NCBI GenBank assembly: GCA_965223905.1
Contig: CBDCXV010000010.1
Span: 1,760,001 to 1,824,000, forward strand
Origin: Candidatus Latescibacterota bacterium
Lineage (GTDB): Bacteria; Latescibacterota; UBA2968; UBA8231
DNA length: 64,000 nucleotides
Direction: 5' to 3'
The position numbers and the translations under genes are program-made. Below are positions 40,804-48,819 of this stretch, piece by piece; within the stretch, counting starts at the first letter, position 1, and each line of letters opens with the position of its first letter. The notes beneath the pieces are model-generated. The model was not told the DNA's origin, ran no database searches, and saw only the letters and a list, made by a program, of their open reading frames with translations.

Positions 40804-40994
40804 ACCTGTTATAGACGAACGGTTTTGATCCCGCGTACCGGGCCAAGTACCTTGGAAATCCCGGCTTTGGGCATCCGTGGTGAAAACCACTTGGAACGGG
40901 CCGATCAACCGGCCGCCGGGACAGGCCGCCATCCAGATGAAAAGGAGCATGGAATGCCCTCTGCCAGGGGCTGCTTGCAGCGAGGAGTTGAGGC

Positions 40995-41873
40995 ATGGGT
41001 GCCAATGGGCACATAAGTGACGAGCGGCTCGTCGAGCTGCAAACGACAGCGATCGCAATGCGCCGCCTGGTGGTCGAGTCGGTTCACCATGCCGGCGCCG
41101 GCCACCTCGGCGGGCCGATGTCGGCGGCCGAGATCCTGACCTCCCTGTATTTCGAGGTGCTCAACGTGCGCACCGATGCCCCGCAACATCCAGACCGCGA
41201 CCGCTTCATCATGTCGAAGGGACACTCCTCGATCGGCCTTTACGCCGTGCTCGCCCTGCGGGGGTTCTTCCCGGTCGATGAACTGAAGACCTTCGACGCC
41301 GTCGACTCCCGGCTGCAGGGACATCCCGACATGTCCGTCCTCGACTCGCTGGACATGTCGACCGGATCGCTCGGCCAGGGACTCTCCCCCGGGGTCGGGA
41401 TGGCCCTCGCCGCGAAGTTGAAGGGGAAGCAGTACCACACCTGGGTGCTGATCGGCGACGGCGATTCACAGGAAGGCCAGATCTGGGAGGCCGCCTTCGT
41501 CGCCGAACGCTACGGGCTGGACAACCTCACCGCCATCCTCGACTGGAACGGACTGCAGCAGTACGGATGGGCGACCGAAGGGGGATACGACGTGTTGCCG
41601 CGCCGGCCTGCCCAGGAAAACCCGCACGCCAGGTGGGAGGCGTTCGGCTGGGCTGTCACCGAGATCGACGGCCACGACTTCCGCGACATTCTGCGGGGGT
41701 GCGCCTGGGCAAAAGAAAACCGCGGGCGCCCGAGCCTGATTGTAGCGCGCACCATCAAGGGCAAGGGGATCTCGTACATGGAGAACGACTTCAACTGGCA
41801 CAGCAAGCCGGTAACGGACGAGGATCTGAGGGTGGCTCGCGAGGAACTGGCCGCCCAGGAGGCCGCCCTGTGA
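40995..41873 (+). CDS. Transketolase, N-terminal subunit
   Basis: GHLGGPMS, DRFIMSKGH, STGSLGQG, TPP motif GDGDSQEG..N. Confidence 0.93.
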   Translation: MGANGHISDERLVELQTTAIAMRRLVVESVHHAGAGHLGGPMSAAEILTSLYFEVLNVRTDAPQHPDRDRFIMSKGHSSIGLYAVLALRGFFPVDELKTFDAVDSRLQGHPDMSVLDSLDMSTGSLGQGLSPGVGMALAAKLKGKQYHTWVLIGDGDSQEGQIWEAAFVAERYGLDNLTAILDWNGLQQYGWATEGGYDVLPRRPAQENPHARWEAFGWAVTEIDGHDFRDILRGCAWAKENRGRPSLIVARTIKGKGISYMENDFNWHSKPVTDEDLRVAREELAAQEAAL

Positions 41874-42814
41874 ACCTTTCCGTCAGCGACCGGTTGCTGG
41901 CCCAGCGCGACGTTTTCGGCGACACCCTCGTCGAGATGATCGACGCCAATCCCGACGTATACGTCCTCGACGGCGACCTGGCCAACTCGACGAAGGCCGA
42001 CAAGGTCTCCCGGGAGAGGCCGCAGCGCTTCCTCGAAATGGGCATCGCAGAGCAGAACATGATGGGGGTGGCCGCCGGCATGGCCACCTGCGGCCTGGTG
42101 CCGTGGTTGAGCAGCTTCGCCTGCTTCCTGGTCAATCGCGACCTCGACCAGCTGCGAGTGGTCGTCGCCCAGCCTTCACTCAACGTCAAGATCGGCGCCG
42201 CCTACACCGGGCTTCTCACTGGAAAAACCGGCAAGACGCACCAAGAGGTTTCCGACATCGCCGTCATGCGGGCGATGCCGAACATGACCGTTCTCGCCCC
42301 GGCGGACGGAGTGGAAGTGAGACTCTGCATGCTGGAGGCGACCGCCTGGGAAGGCCCGGTGTACGTGCGCCTTACGCGCGATCCCGAACCGGTGATATTC
42401 GACGACAGCCACAGTTTCCGCATAGGCGAGACCTACGTAGTGCGCGAAGGTGCCGACGTGACCATCATGGCCACGGGAGCGCAGACCGTGCGCGCCCTGG
42501 CCGCGGCCGACTTGCTTGCGGGCGACGGCGTATCCGCCCACGTCCTGCACGTGCCGACGCTCAAGCCGCTCGACATCGCCGGCATCGTCGAGGCCGCTGA
42601 AAGAACCGGGCGCGTGGTCACCGCCGAGGACCACTCGGTGATCGGCGGTCTCGGGGGCGCGGTTGCCGAGGCCCTCGCAGAGCACCTGCCCACCCCGTTG
42701 AAACGGGTCGGCATACCCGACTGTTTCGGAGAATCGGCTGCCAACGACGACCTGCTGCGCAAATACGGCCTCACCCATCGACACGTGGCGGTAGCCGCGA
42801 AACAGTTGCTGTGA
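41870..42814 (+). CDS. Transketolase, C-terminal subunit
   Basis: MGIAEQNMMG, THQ, GPVYVRL, EDHSVIGGLG; GTG start overlaps the upstream TGA. Confidence 0.93.
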   Translation: MNLSVSDRLLAQRDVFGDTLVEMIDANPDVYVLDGDLANSTKADKVSRERPQRFLEMGIAEQNMMGVAAGMATCGLVPWLSSFACFLVNRDLDQLRVVVAQPSLNVKIGAAYTGLLTGKTGKTHQEVSDIAVMRAMPNMTVLAPADGVEVRLCMLEATAWEGPVYVRLTRDPEPVIFDDSHSFRIGETYVVREGADVTIMATGAQTVRALAAADLLAGDGVSAHVLHVPTLKPLDIAGIVEAAERTGRVVTAEDHSVIGGLGGAVAEALAEHLPTPLKRVGIPDCFGESAANDDLLRKYGLTHRHVAVAAKQLL

Positions 42815-42921
42815 CCCGGGAGACGGATGGCCCATCCCGACTGGAACCGGGTTGACCGACTGCCGAAAGCAGGTCATTTTTAACTCTGATGAAGCGGTCC
42901 AAATACCTGTTGTCGATGCCG

Positions 42922-42954
42922 GAAAGTGCACTCTCGAGTGCACTTTTCTTTTTT
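42922..42954 (+). terminator. Intrinsic terminator
   Basis: AAAGTGCACTC/GAGTGCACTTT stem followed by TCTTTTTT. Confidence 0.75.
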
Positions 42955-43024
42955 GCGGCGAACTACGCGACGGTTCGCGGCGGGGTTTCGACCTGTGAGG
43001 GGTGATGGAGAGACAGGCTCGAAC

Positions 43025-43735
43025 ATGAAAGAAGATCTGCTGCGGCTGTTGAGGATCCAGGATGTCGACGAGGCGTTGCGAACGCTAGAGGACGCCAAGA
43101 GCAAGTACCCCGAGGAGATCACGCGGCGGAAAAGCGACATCGAGGCAGCCCGCCAGGGTTTGGAGGAGAAAAGCGCGCGGGTCGCCGAGCTCGAATCGCA
43201 GCAGCGCCACTACGAGCGCGAACTCGAGGTGGCCAGGGATCAGCTCAAGAAGCAGGAAGGGCGGTTCTCCGAAGTCACCAACAACAGGGAGTACGATGCC
43301 CTGCAGATGGAGATCGAAGCCTGCAAAACCAGGATCTCCGAATGCGAAACGCAGATCCTGCTGGCGATCGAGGAGTCCGAATTCCTTCGCGAGCAGATCG
43401 GCCTCGAGGAGAAAGCCGTCGAACAGATCGTCGGCGAGCAGCAGGCGAGGATCGACGAGCTCCAGGAAAAGCTCGACTCTCTGCAGGGCGAGGTCGACGG
43501 CGTCTACTCCCGCCGGGAACAGGAGACACGCGGCATCGACCAGAGTCTGTTGCAGAGCTACGAGCGCAGTCGCAATGCCCGTGGAGCGCGCGTGACCGCA
43601 GTGCGAAGGGAATCGTGCGGCGCCTGCTTTCGCCTGTTGCCCCCCCAGCAGAGGAGTAACGTCCGGCGAAACGAGCGCGTCCTGCATTGCGAGAACTGCG
43701 GCGCGATTCTCGTCTGGGACGACCACAGCTCGTAA
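43025..43735 (+). CDS. Coiled-coil C4-type zinc ribbon protein (DUF164/CT398-like)
   Basis: LLRIQDVD, NNREYDALQMEI, CGAC..CENCGAIL. Confidence 0.92.
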   Translation: MKEDLLRLLRIQDVDEALRTLEDAKSKYPEEITRRKSDIEAARQGLEEKSARVAELESQQRHYERELEVARDQLKKQEGRFSEVTNNREYDALQMEIEACKTRISECETQILLAIEESEFLREQIGLEEKAVEQIVGEQQARIDELQEKLDSLQGEVDGVYSRREQETRGIDQSLLQSYERSRNARGARVTAVRRESCGACFRLLPPQQRSNVRRNERVLHCENCGAILVWDDHSS

Positions 43736-43831
43736 CCCGGATTGCCGGCAGCGTTGGCGCTGCCGACCGAGCCTCCGCATCACCCCGACCCCGGCTCGGG
43801 TTTTGCACCATCGGGTGGTGCTTCCCAACTC

Positions 43832-44212
43832 GGCGGAGCGGCTCGGGCGATCGCGCCGCCCACCGTCCGTGATCGTGGTGGGTGAGTGAGGAAAGTCCGA
43901 GCTCCAAAGGACAGGATGCTGGGTAACTCCCAGGGAGGGCGACCTCACAGATAGTGCCACAGAAAAGACACCGCCCGCGCCGTTCCGGCGGGTAAGGGTG
44001 AAATGGTGAGGTAAGAGCTCACCGCGTTTCCGGCGACGGAAACGGCACGGCAAACCTCTTCCGGAGCAAGGCCGAATAGGGGAGGAGAGGTGGTCCGCCT
44101 CGTTCGACTCCCGGGTAGGCCGCAAGGAGGTTGCGGGTAACCGCCGCCCAAGATGAATGATCGCCCCGCGCCTAAGGCGCGGACAGAACTCGGCTTACAG
44201 AGCCGCTCCGCC
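43832..44212 (+). ncRNA. rnpB: RNase P RNA (type A)
   Basis: P1 GGCGGAGCGGCTC/GAGCCGCTCCGCC; GAGGAAAGTCC, AGTGCCACAGAAA, GGTAAGAGC, GAGCAAGGCC, ACAGAACTCGGCTTAC. Confidence 0.97.
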
Positions 44213-44254
44213 CTGCTTTTCCGTTACATGATCCCGTCATCCGGCAAGATATCC

Positions 44255-45400
44255 ATGCCGCCGGCGCCTTTGCGCAGCGGTCCGTGGCTCATGGTGCTCG
44301 CGCTCCTGGCGTCCGCCTCGAAGACAGGGGCCCAGGAGTTCGTCGAAACCGTGTCGGCGAGGTCGGAGGAGAGGATGATCGAGGGCAGCCTCGACTGGGC
44401 CAACGGCATCCTGACCGTTTTCGGCGAGGCGGCAGCTCCGGCCGATATCACCAACGCCGCGCAGCGCCGCCTGGCAGGCTTTACCGCTGCCAAGGAGACC
44501 GCCTACCGCAACCTCGCCGGGATCGCCGGGGAGGTCTCCATCGATTCCCGGACCAAGGTGCGCATGGCCGCGCTTGCCGACGCGGATCTGAGCATGAAGC
44601 TGGAGGCGCTGATAAAGGCTTCCCGCGTCGATCTCGACAGCCGCCAGGAGCAGGACGGCCTCTACCGTCTGGCCCTGAAGCTCCACCTTCGCGGGCGGTT
44701 TTCCGACGCCGTCCTGCCCGATCCCGGCCTGGCGCTGCCGCACCCGGGGGAGCTTCCCGAGGCGGATTCCCTCTTCCTGTTCGCGCCCCCGGAGGACTGC
44801 ACCGGGCTCGTGGTCGACGCCAGGGGAACCGGCCTGAAGCCATGCCTGGCTCCCCGGATAATCGACGCTTCCGGGCGCGTCATCTACAGTGCCGGACACG
44901 CCGGCAGGAACTGCGCCGTATACGACGGCGTCGCCGGCTACGAAAGCGATCTCCAGCGCGCCGCGACGAGCCCTCGCGTCGGCGGGGCCAGGGGCCGCCC
45001 GTTCGTCCTCGAGGCGGAGGGGGTCTCGGGGCCGTTCAGCGGGGACGTCCTGGTCAGCCACGACAACGGCACCCGCGTCCTGATGGCCGACGTCGAAGCC
45101 GGCTTTCTGTCCCGGTGCGGCGTGGTCTTCGTTCTGGGTCCGAAGCCCGAACCCCTGCCGTTCGTCCTGGTTCCTGACACCACCCGCGTCGACACCGCGA
45201 TCACCGCGGCCACGGATTCCACAGGTTTGGATTCGGCCTTCACGGACTCGGCCCTGCCGGATTCGGCCGCAGATCCGTACGACCTCCAACTTTACCGGCT
45301 GCTTGGCACGGGACCTCCCCTGCCACCGCTTGCGGACACCCTGGGATACGATGGATTCGACGAAATTTTCCGAGAAGCTGGCCGCAGCGACGGCGAGTAA
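44255..45400 (+). CDS. Exported protein, LPP20-like, with D-S/T-rich C-terminal linker
   Basis: Signal peptide; GSLDWANG..AAKETAYRNL; TGLVVDARGTGLKPCLAPRIID. Confidence 0.6.
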   Translation: MPPAPLRSGPWLMVLALLASASKTGAQEFVETVSARSEERMIEGSLDWANGILTVFGEAAAPADITNAAQRRLAGFTAAKETAYRNLAGIAGEVSIDSRTKVRMAALADADLSMKLEALIKASRVDLDSRQEQDGLYRLALKLHLRGRFSDAVLPDPGLALPHPGELPEADSLFLFAPPEDCTGLVVDARGTGLKPCLAPRIIDASGRVIYSAGHAGRNCAVYDGVAGYESDLQRAATSPRVGGARGRPFVLEAEGVSGPFSGDVLVSHDNGTRVLMADVEAGFLSRCGVVFVLGPKPEPLPFVLVPDTTRVDTAITAATDSTGLDSAFTDSALPDSAADPYDLQLYRLLGTGPPLPPLADTLGYDGFDEIFREAGRSDGE

Positions 45401-46187
45401 CGACTCGCTGGTCTGCGTCGGTCTGGACCCCGTTCCTTCGCGGCTTCCTGAGAGCCTCCGCGACGGGCCGGATCCGGTCCTCGCCTTCAATCGCCGGATC
45501 ATCGATTGCACCAGCGATCTCGTCTGCGCGTACAAGCCGAATCTCGCCTTCTACGGCGCTCTCGGGCTGGCCGGCTGGGAGGCGCTCAAGGCGACAATCG
45601 ACCATGTCCCCGATGGCATCCCGGTTGTCGCGGACGCCAAGGCGGGGGACATCGGCTCGAGCGCGGAGAGATATGCCGTCATGCTCTTCGAGGAGTTCGG
45701 GGCCGACGCCGTCACCGCCAACCCCTACATGGGCCGCGATGCCATGGAGCCGTTCCTCGCCTACCGCGACAAAGGGACGTTTCTGCTGTGCCTGACCTCC
45801 AACCCCGGGGCCTCCGACATCATGAAGCAGCTGCTGCCCGGGGGCAGGATGGTTTTCGAGGAGGTCGCCTCCAAGGCGGCCCAGTGGAACGAGTTTGGCA
45901 ACTGCGGCCTTGTAGTGGGAGCCACCCAGGCTGGAGCGATGCAGACGATAAGGGCGCTGGCCCCCGAACTCCCGATCCTGGTGCCGGGGGTCGGCGCCCA
46001 GGGTGGCGACGTCGAGACGGCCGTTCGTTCCGGGGCGCGCCCCGACGGAACAGGCCTCCTCGTCAACTCCTCGCGTTCCATCCTGTACGCATCGGCAGGT
46101 GAGGATTTCGCATCGGCTGCCCGCGGCGCCGCCGCTGCCCTGAGGGCGGAGATCAACCAGTACCGGCCGCGTCCGGTCGGTGCCTGA
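45351..46187 (+). CDS. pyrF: Orotidine-5'-phosphate decarboxylase (type 2)
   Basis: VCVGLDP, YKPNLAFY, DAKAGDIGSS, LTSNPG, LVPGVGAQGG, NSSRSILYA. Confidence 0.96.
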   Translation: MDSTKFSEKLAAATASNDSLVCVGLDPVPSRLPESLRDGPDPVLAFNRRIIDCTSDLVCAYKPNLAFYGALGLAGWEALKATIDHVPDGIPVVADAKAGDIGSSAERYAVMLFEEFGADAVTANPYMGRDAMEPFLAYRDKGTFLLCLTSNPGASDIMKQLLPGGRMVFEEVASKAAQWNEFGNCGLVVGATQAGAMQTIRALAPELPILVPGVGAQGGDVETAVRSGARPDGTGLLVNSSRSILYASAGEDFASAARGAAAALRAEINQYRPRPVGA

Positions 46188-46322
46188 TCCGGCGATCGCC
46201 GACATTTCCGGAAAAACGCTTGCCGGGATTTGGCGCGATCCCTGGGGCACGGGGTATGACGTCGAACAGGACTTCCCCGTGATTCCCGGATTCGGCCCCG
46301 CGGTTTATCTTCCTTCTGCCGT

Positions 46323-46400
46323 CGGGGTGTAGCGCAGTCCGGTTAGCGCACCTGCTTTGGGAGCAGGGGGTCGTCGGTTCGAATCCGACCACCCCGACCA
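46323..46400 (+). tRNA. tRNA-Pro(TGG)
   Basis: CGGGGTGTAGCGCAG..CCTGC-TTTGGGA-GCAGG..CACCCCGACCA. Confidence 0.97.
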
Positions 46401-46470
46401 TTACAAACCTCTGCATCGACTGCGGAGGTTTTCTTGTTTCAGCCCACCGGCCCCACCGGGAGGGAGTACC

Positions 46471-47736
46471 ATGAGAGTAACCGACATCGAATCGCACGAG
46501 ATCACCCTGGAATACGTCGACTGGATTTCCTGGGAGCTCACCCACTACCAGGGAATCGGCAGACGGACCGTCTACGTCGCCCACACCGACAGCGGGGAAA
46601 TCGGCCTCGGCGAGGGCCGCAAGGAGCCTCAGGAGGTGATCGCCCAGTACATCGGCAGCAACCCGTTCGACTGGCTCGGGGACGAAACCTCCCTGCCGAT
46701 CGGCACCGCGATGTACGACCTCATGGGAAAGGCGGCAGGCGTGCCGGTCTACAAGCTGTTCGGGCAGAAACACCGATCCTGGGTACCGGTGGGGAGCTGG
46801 ACGGTGTCGACGCACCCGGAGCGAATGGCGGAGGCGGTGCGGCGCTACTCCCGGCAGGGTTACACCTGGCTGAAGTTCCACCTCTCCCCGTTCGAGAACG
46901 TGTTCGACCAGACCGAGGCGATGATGGAGGTGGCGCCGAGGGGTTTCCGCATCCATTTCGACTTCACGGGAGGCGGCACCATAGACCACCTGCCCGACCT
47001 GCTGGAGCGGCTTTCCCGCTACCCGATCGCCGGCTGCTTCGAGGACTCCATCGACCCGGGGGACACCCCGGCCTCGGTCGATCTGAGAAAGCGGATCCGC
47101 CTGCCGATCGTCCGCCACCAGGCACCCCTCAACTGCACGTACGAAGTGCTCGCCGGCGCCGGGGACGTCTACATGCGGGGGCACCAGAAGATCGGGGACA
47201 CCATCCGCGCCGCGGGACTGTTTGCAGCGGGCAGCATACCGTTCATGCTGCAGAACGTCGGCGGCACCATCACGCGCGCGATCACCGCCCACATGACCGC
47301 GGCGTTTCCCACTGCGACCTTCCACTTCTTCAACGACACCGAGACCTGGAAGTCCGACGTCGTGCGCGAGCGGCTCGAGCCGGTTAACGGCTTCGTCCGC
47401 GTCCCGGAAAAGCCGGGGCTGGGGCTGAGTCTCGACCGCGGCGAACTCGAGCGGCTCGCGCGGCTCGAAGCGCCCGACCTCGTGCCCTGGATCGTCAGGT
47501 CGAGGTTCGACAACGGCACCCGGATGTACAACGTCGCCGATGGCAAAGGGCATTTCATGGTGCGCCCCGACGGGACGCGCGGCGGCATCCCGATGAGCTA
47601 CGACGCCCCCATATCCACCGAGTACTGGGACGACGACGGCACCGAGGAGTTCAGACGGATGTACGGCCGCATCGAACGGGAGGGGATGGTGATCGAGGGC
47701 CCCGAGGCGGGCCCGGACATCCTCGATTTGCCATAA
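46471..47736 (+). CDS. Mandelate racemase/muconate lactonizing (enolase superfamily) enzyme
   Basis: RBS GGGAG; TDSGEIGLGE, AMYDLMGKAAGVPVYKLFG, VRVPEKPGLG. Confidence 0.85.
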   Translation: MRVTDIESHEITLEYVDWISWELTHYQGIGRRTVYVAHTDSGEIGLGEGRKEPQEVIAQYIGSNPFDWLGDETSLPIGTAMYDLMGKAAGVPVYKLFGQKHRSWVPVGSWTVSTHPERMAEAVRRYSRQGYTWLKFHLSPFENVFDQTEAMMEVAPRGFRIHFDFTGGGTIDHLPDLLERLSRYPIAGCFEDSIDPGDTPASVDLRKRIRLPIVRHQAPLNCTYEVLAGAGDVYMRGHQKIGDTIRAAGLFAAGSIPFMLQNVGGTITRAITAHMTAAFPTATFHFFNDTETWKSDVVRERLEPVNGFVRVPEKPGLGLSLDRGELERLARLEAPDLVPWIVRSRFDNGTRMYNVADGKGHFMVRPDGTRGGIPMSYDAPISTEYWDDDGTEEFRRMYGRIEREGMVIEGPEAGPDILDLP

Positions 47737-47818
47737 TGGCGGCTCTGCCGTTATTTACTACCGACGCTCGACCTCGGCGTGTAACTTCAGGCCAGGCGGT
47801 GCTTTAGGAACTTTTCCG

Positions 47819-47892
47819 GTGCCCATAGCTCAGCTGGATAGAGCGTCTGCCTTCTAAGCAGAATGTCGCAGGTTCGAGTCCTGCTGGGCACG
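47819..47892 (+). tRNA. tRNA-Arg(TCT)
   Basis: GTGCCCATAGCTCAGCTGGATAGAGC..TCTGC-CTTCTAA-GCAGA..TGGGCACG; CCA not encoded. Confidence 0.94.
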
Positions 47893-47950
47893 CCGACAAT
47901 CTCTTTCACGGAACGAGCGGCCCGGTGGTCCGCACCGGCAGCCGCTTCAT

Positions 47951-48028
47951 GGTGGGTGTAGCTCAGACGGTTAGAGCGCCAGGTTGTGGCCCTGGAGGCC
48001 GCGGGTTCGATTCCCGTCACTCACCCCA
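47951..48028 (+). tRNA. tRNA-His(GTG)
   Basis: G-1 present; CCAGG-TTGTGGC-CCTGG; ends CACTCACCCCA. Confidence 0.96.
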
Positions 48029-48107
48029 TTCGATGACATGGCCTTCCATGGGTGTTTCCATGGGAGGCCATCTTCTTGTCGCCCCCTCGCCGGCAAATCC
48101 GGGAAGC

Positions 48108-48635
48108 ATGTGCGAAGCGCGAAAATACCGGCCGCTGAGCGGCGAAGCCGACGGGGGACCCCGGTCTCCGTCGAACCTGGTCTCCCGGCCGCGATTGCTC
48201 GAAATCAGGCGCCAGCTGCGCGCCGCCGGAAAAAAGGTGGTCTTCACCAACGGCTGCTTCGACCTGCTGCACCGGGGCCACGTCGAATACCTGCGCGAGG
48301 CGCGCACTCTCGGCGACGTCCTGATGGTCGGCCTCAACAGCGACAGCAGCGCCGCCGCCCTTAAAGGGCCCGGACGCCCCCTCATGCCCCAGCAGGACCG
48401 CGCCGCCCTGCTGTGCGAGCTGAGATCGGTCTCCTACGTCTGCATCTTCGACGAGCCGAGCGTCGCCGCGCTCGTCGCCGAGCTCCTGCCGGACGTGCTC
48501 GTCAAAGGGGGCGACTATTCCCTCGCAGAGGTCGTAGGCCGCGAGGTCGTCGAGGAAGCGGGCGGCACCGTCCGCACCCTGTCCCTTTGGACCGGCGCCT
48601 CCTCGTCGGATCTGGCGCGGCGTCTGAAGCTGTAA
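48108..48635 (+). CDS. rfaE2: D-glycero-beta-D-manno-heptose 1-phosphate adenylyltransferase (RfaE domain II); start uncertain
   Basis: VVFTNGCFDLLHRGH, GLNSDSS..LKGPGRP, PDVLVKGGDY. Confidence 0.9.
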   Translation: MCEARKYRPLSGEADGGPRSPSNLVSRPRLLEIRRQLRAAGKKVVFTNGCFDLLHRGHVEYLREARTLGDVLMVGLNSDSSAAALKGPGRPLMPQQDRAALLCELRSVSYVCIFDEPSVAALVAELLPDVLVKGGDYSLAEVVGREVVEEAGGTVRTLSLWTGASSSDLARRLKL

Positions 48636-48819
48636 GGGGCTCGACTGGCCGGGCGGACCGGACTCGCTCCAGTTCCTGCGCGCAGCCCCCCGCCTCCTTC
48701 CCCTGCCGACCGCCGGCAGGCATCCCACCGGAACGGACGCACAAAATCTGCTGAGCGGAGGTCGGCGGGGGCATGTTATCTTTGGCAAGTGGGTCCGGAG
48801 AAGCATCCCGCTTCCGTCC

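Noticed and set aside
42886-42950. CTGATGA...GAAA resembling a hammerhead ribozyme core
   Set aside because: Stem I and the stem II closing pair do not form; the hairpin plus U-tract is better explained as a terminator.
43085-44254. ORFs overlapping rnpB, including the 44153 start
   Set aside because: The region is RNase P RNA.
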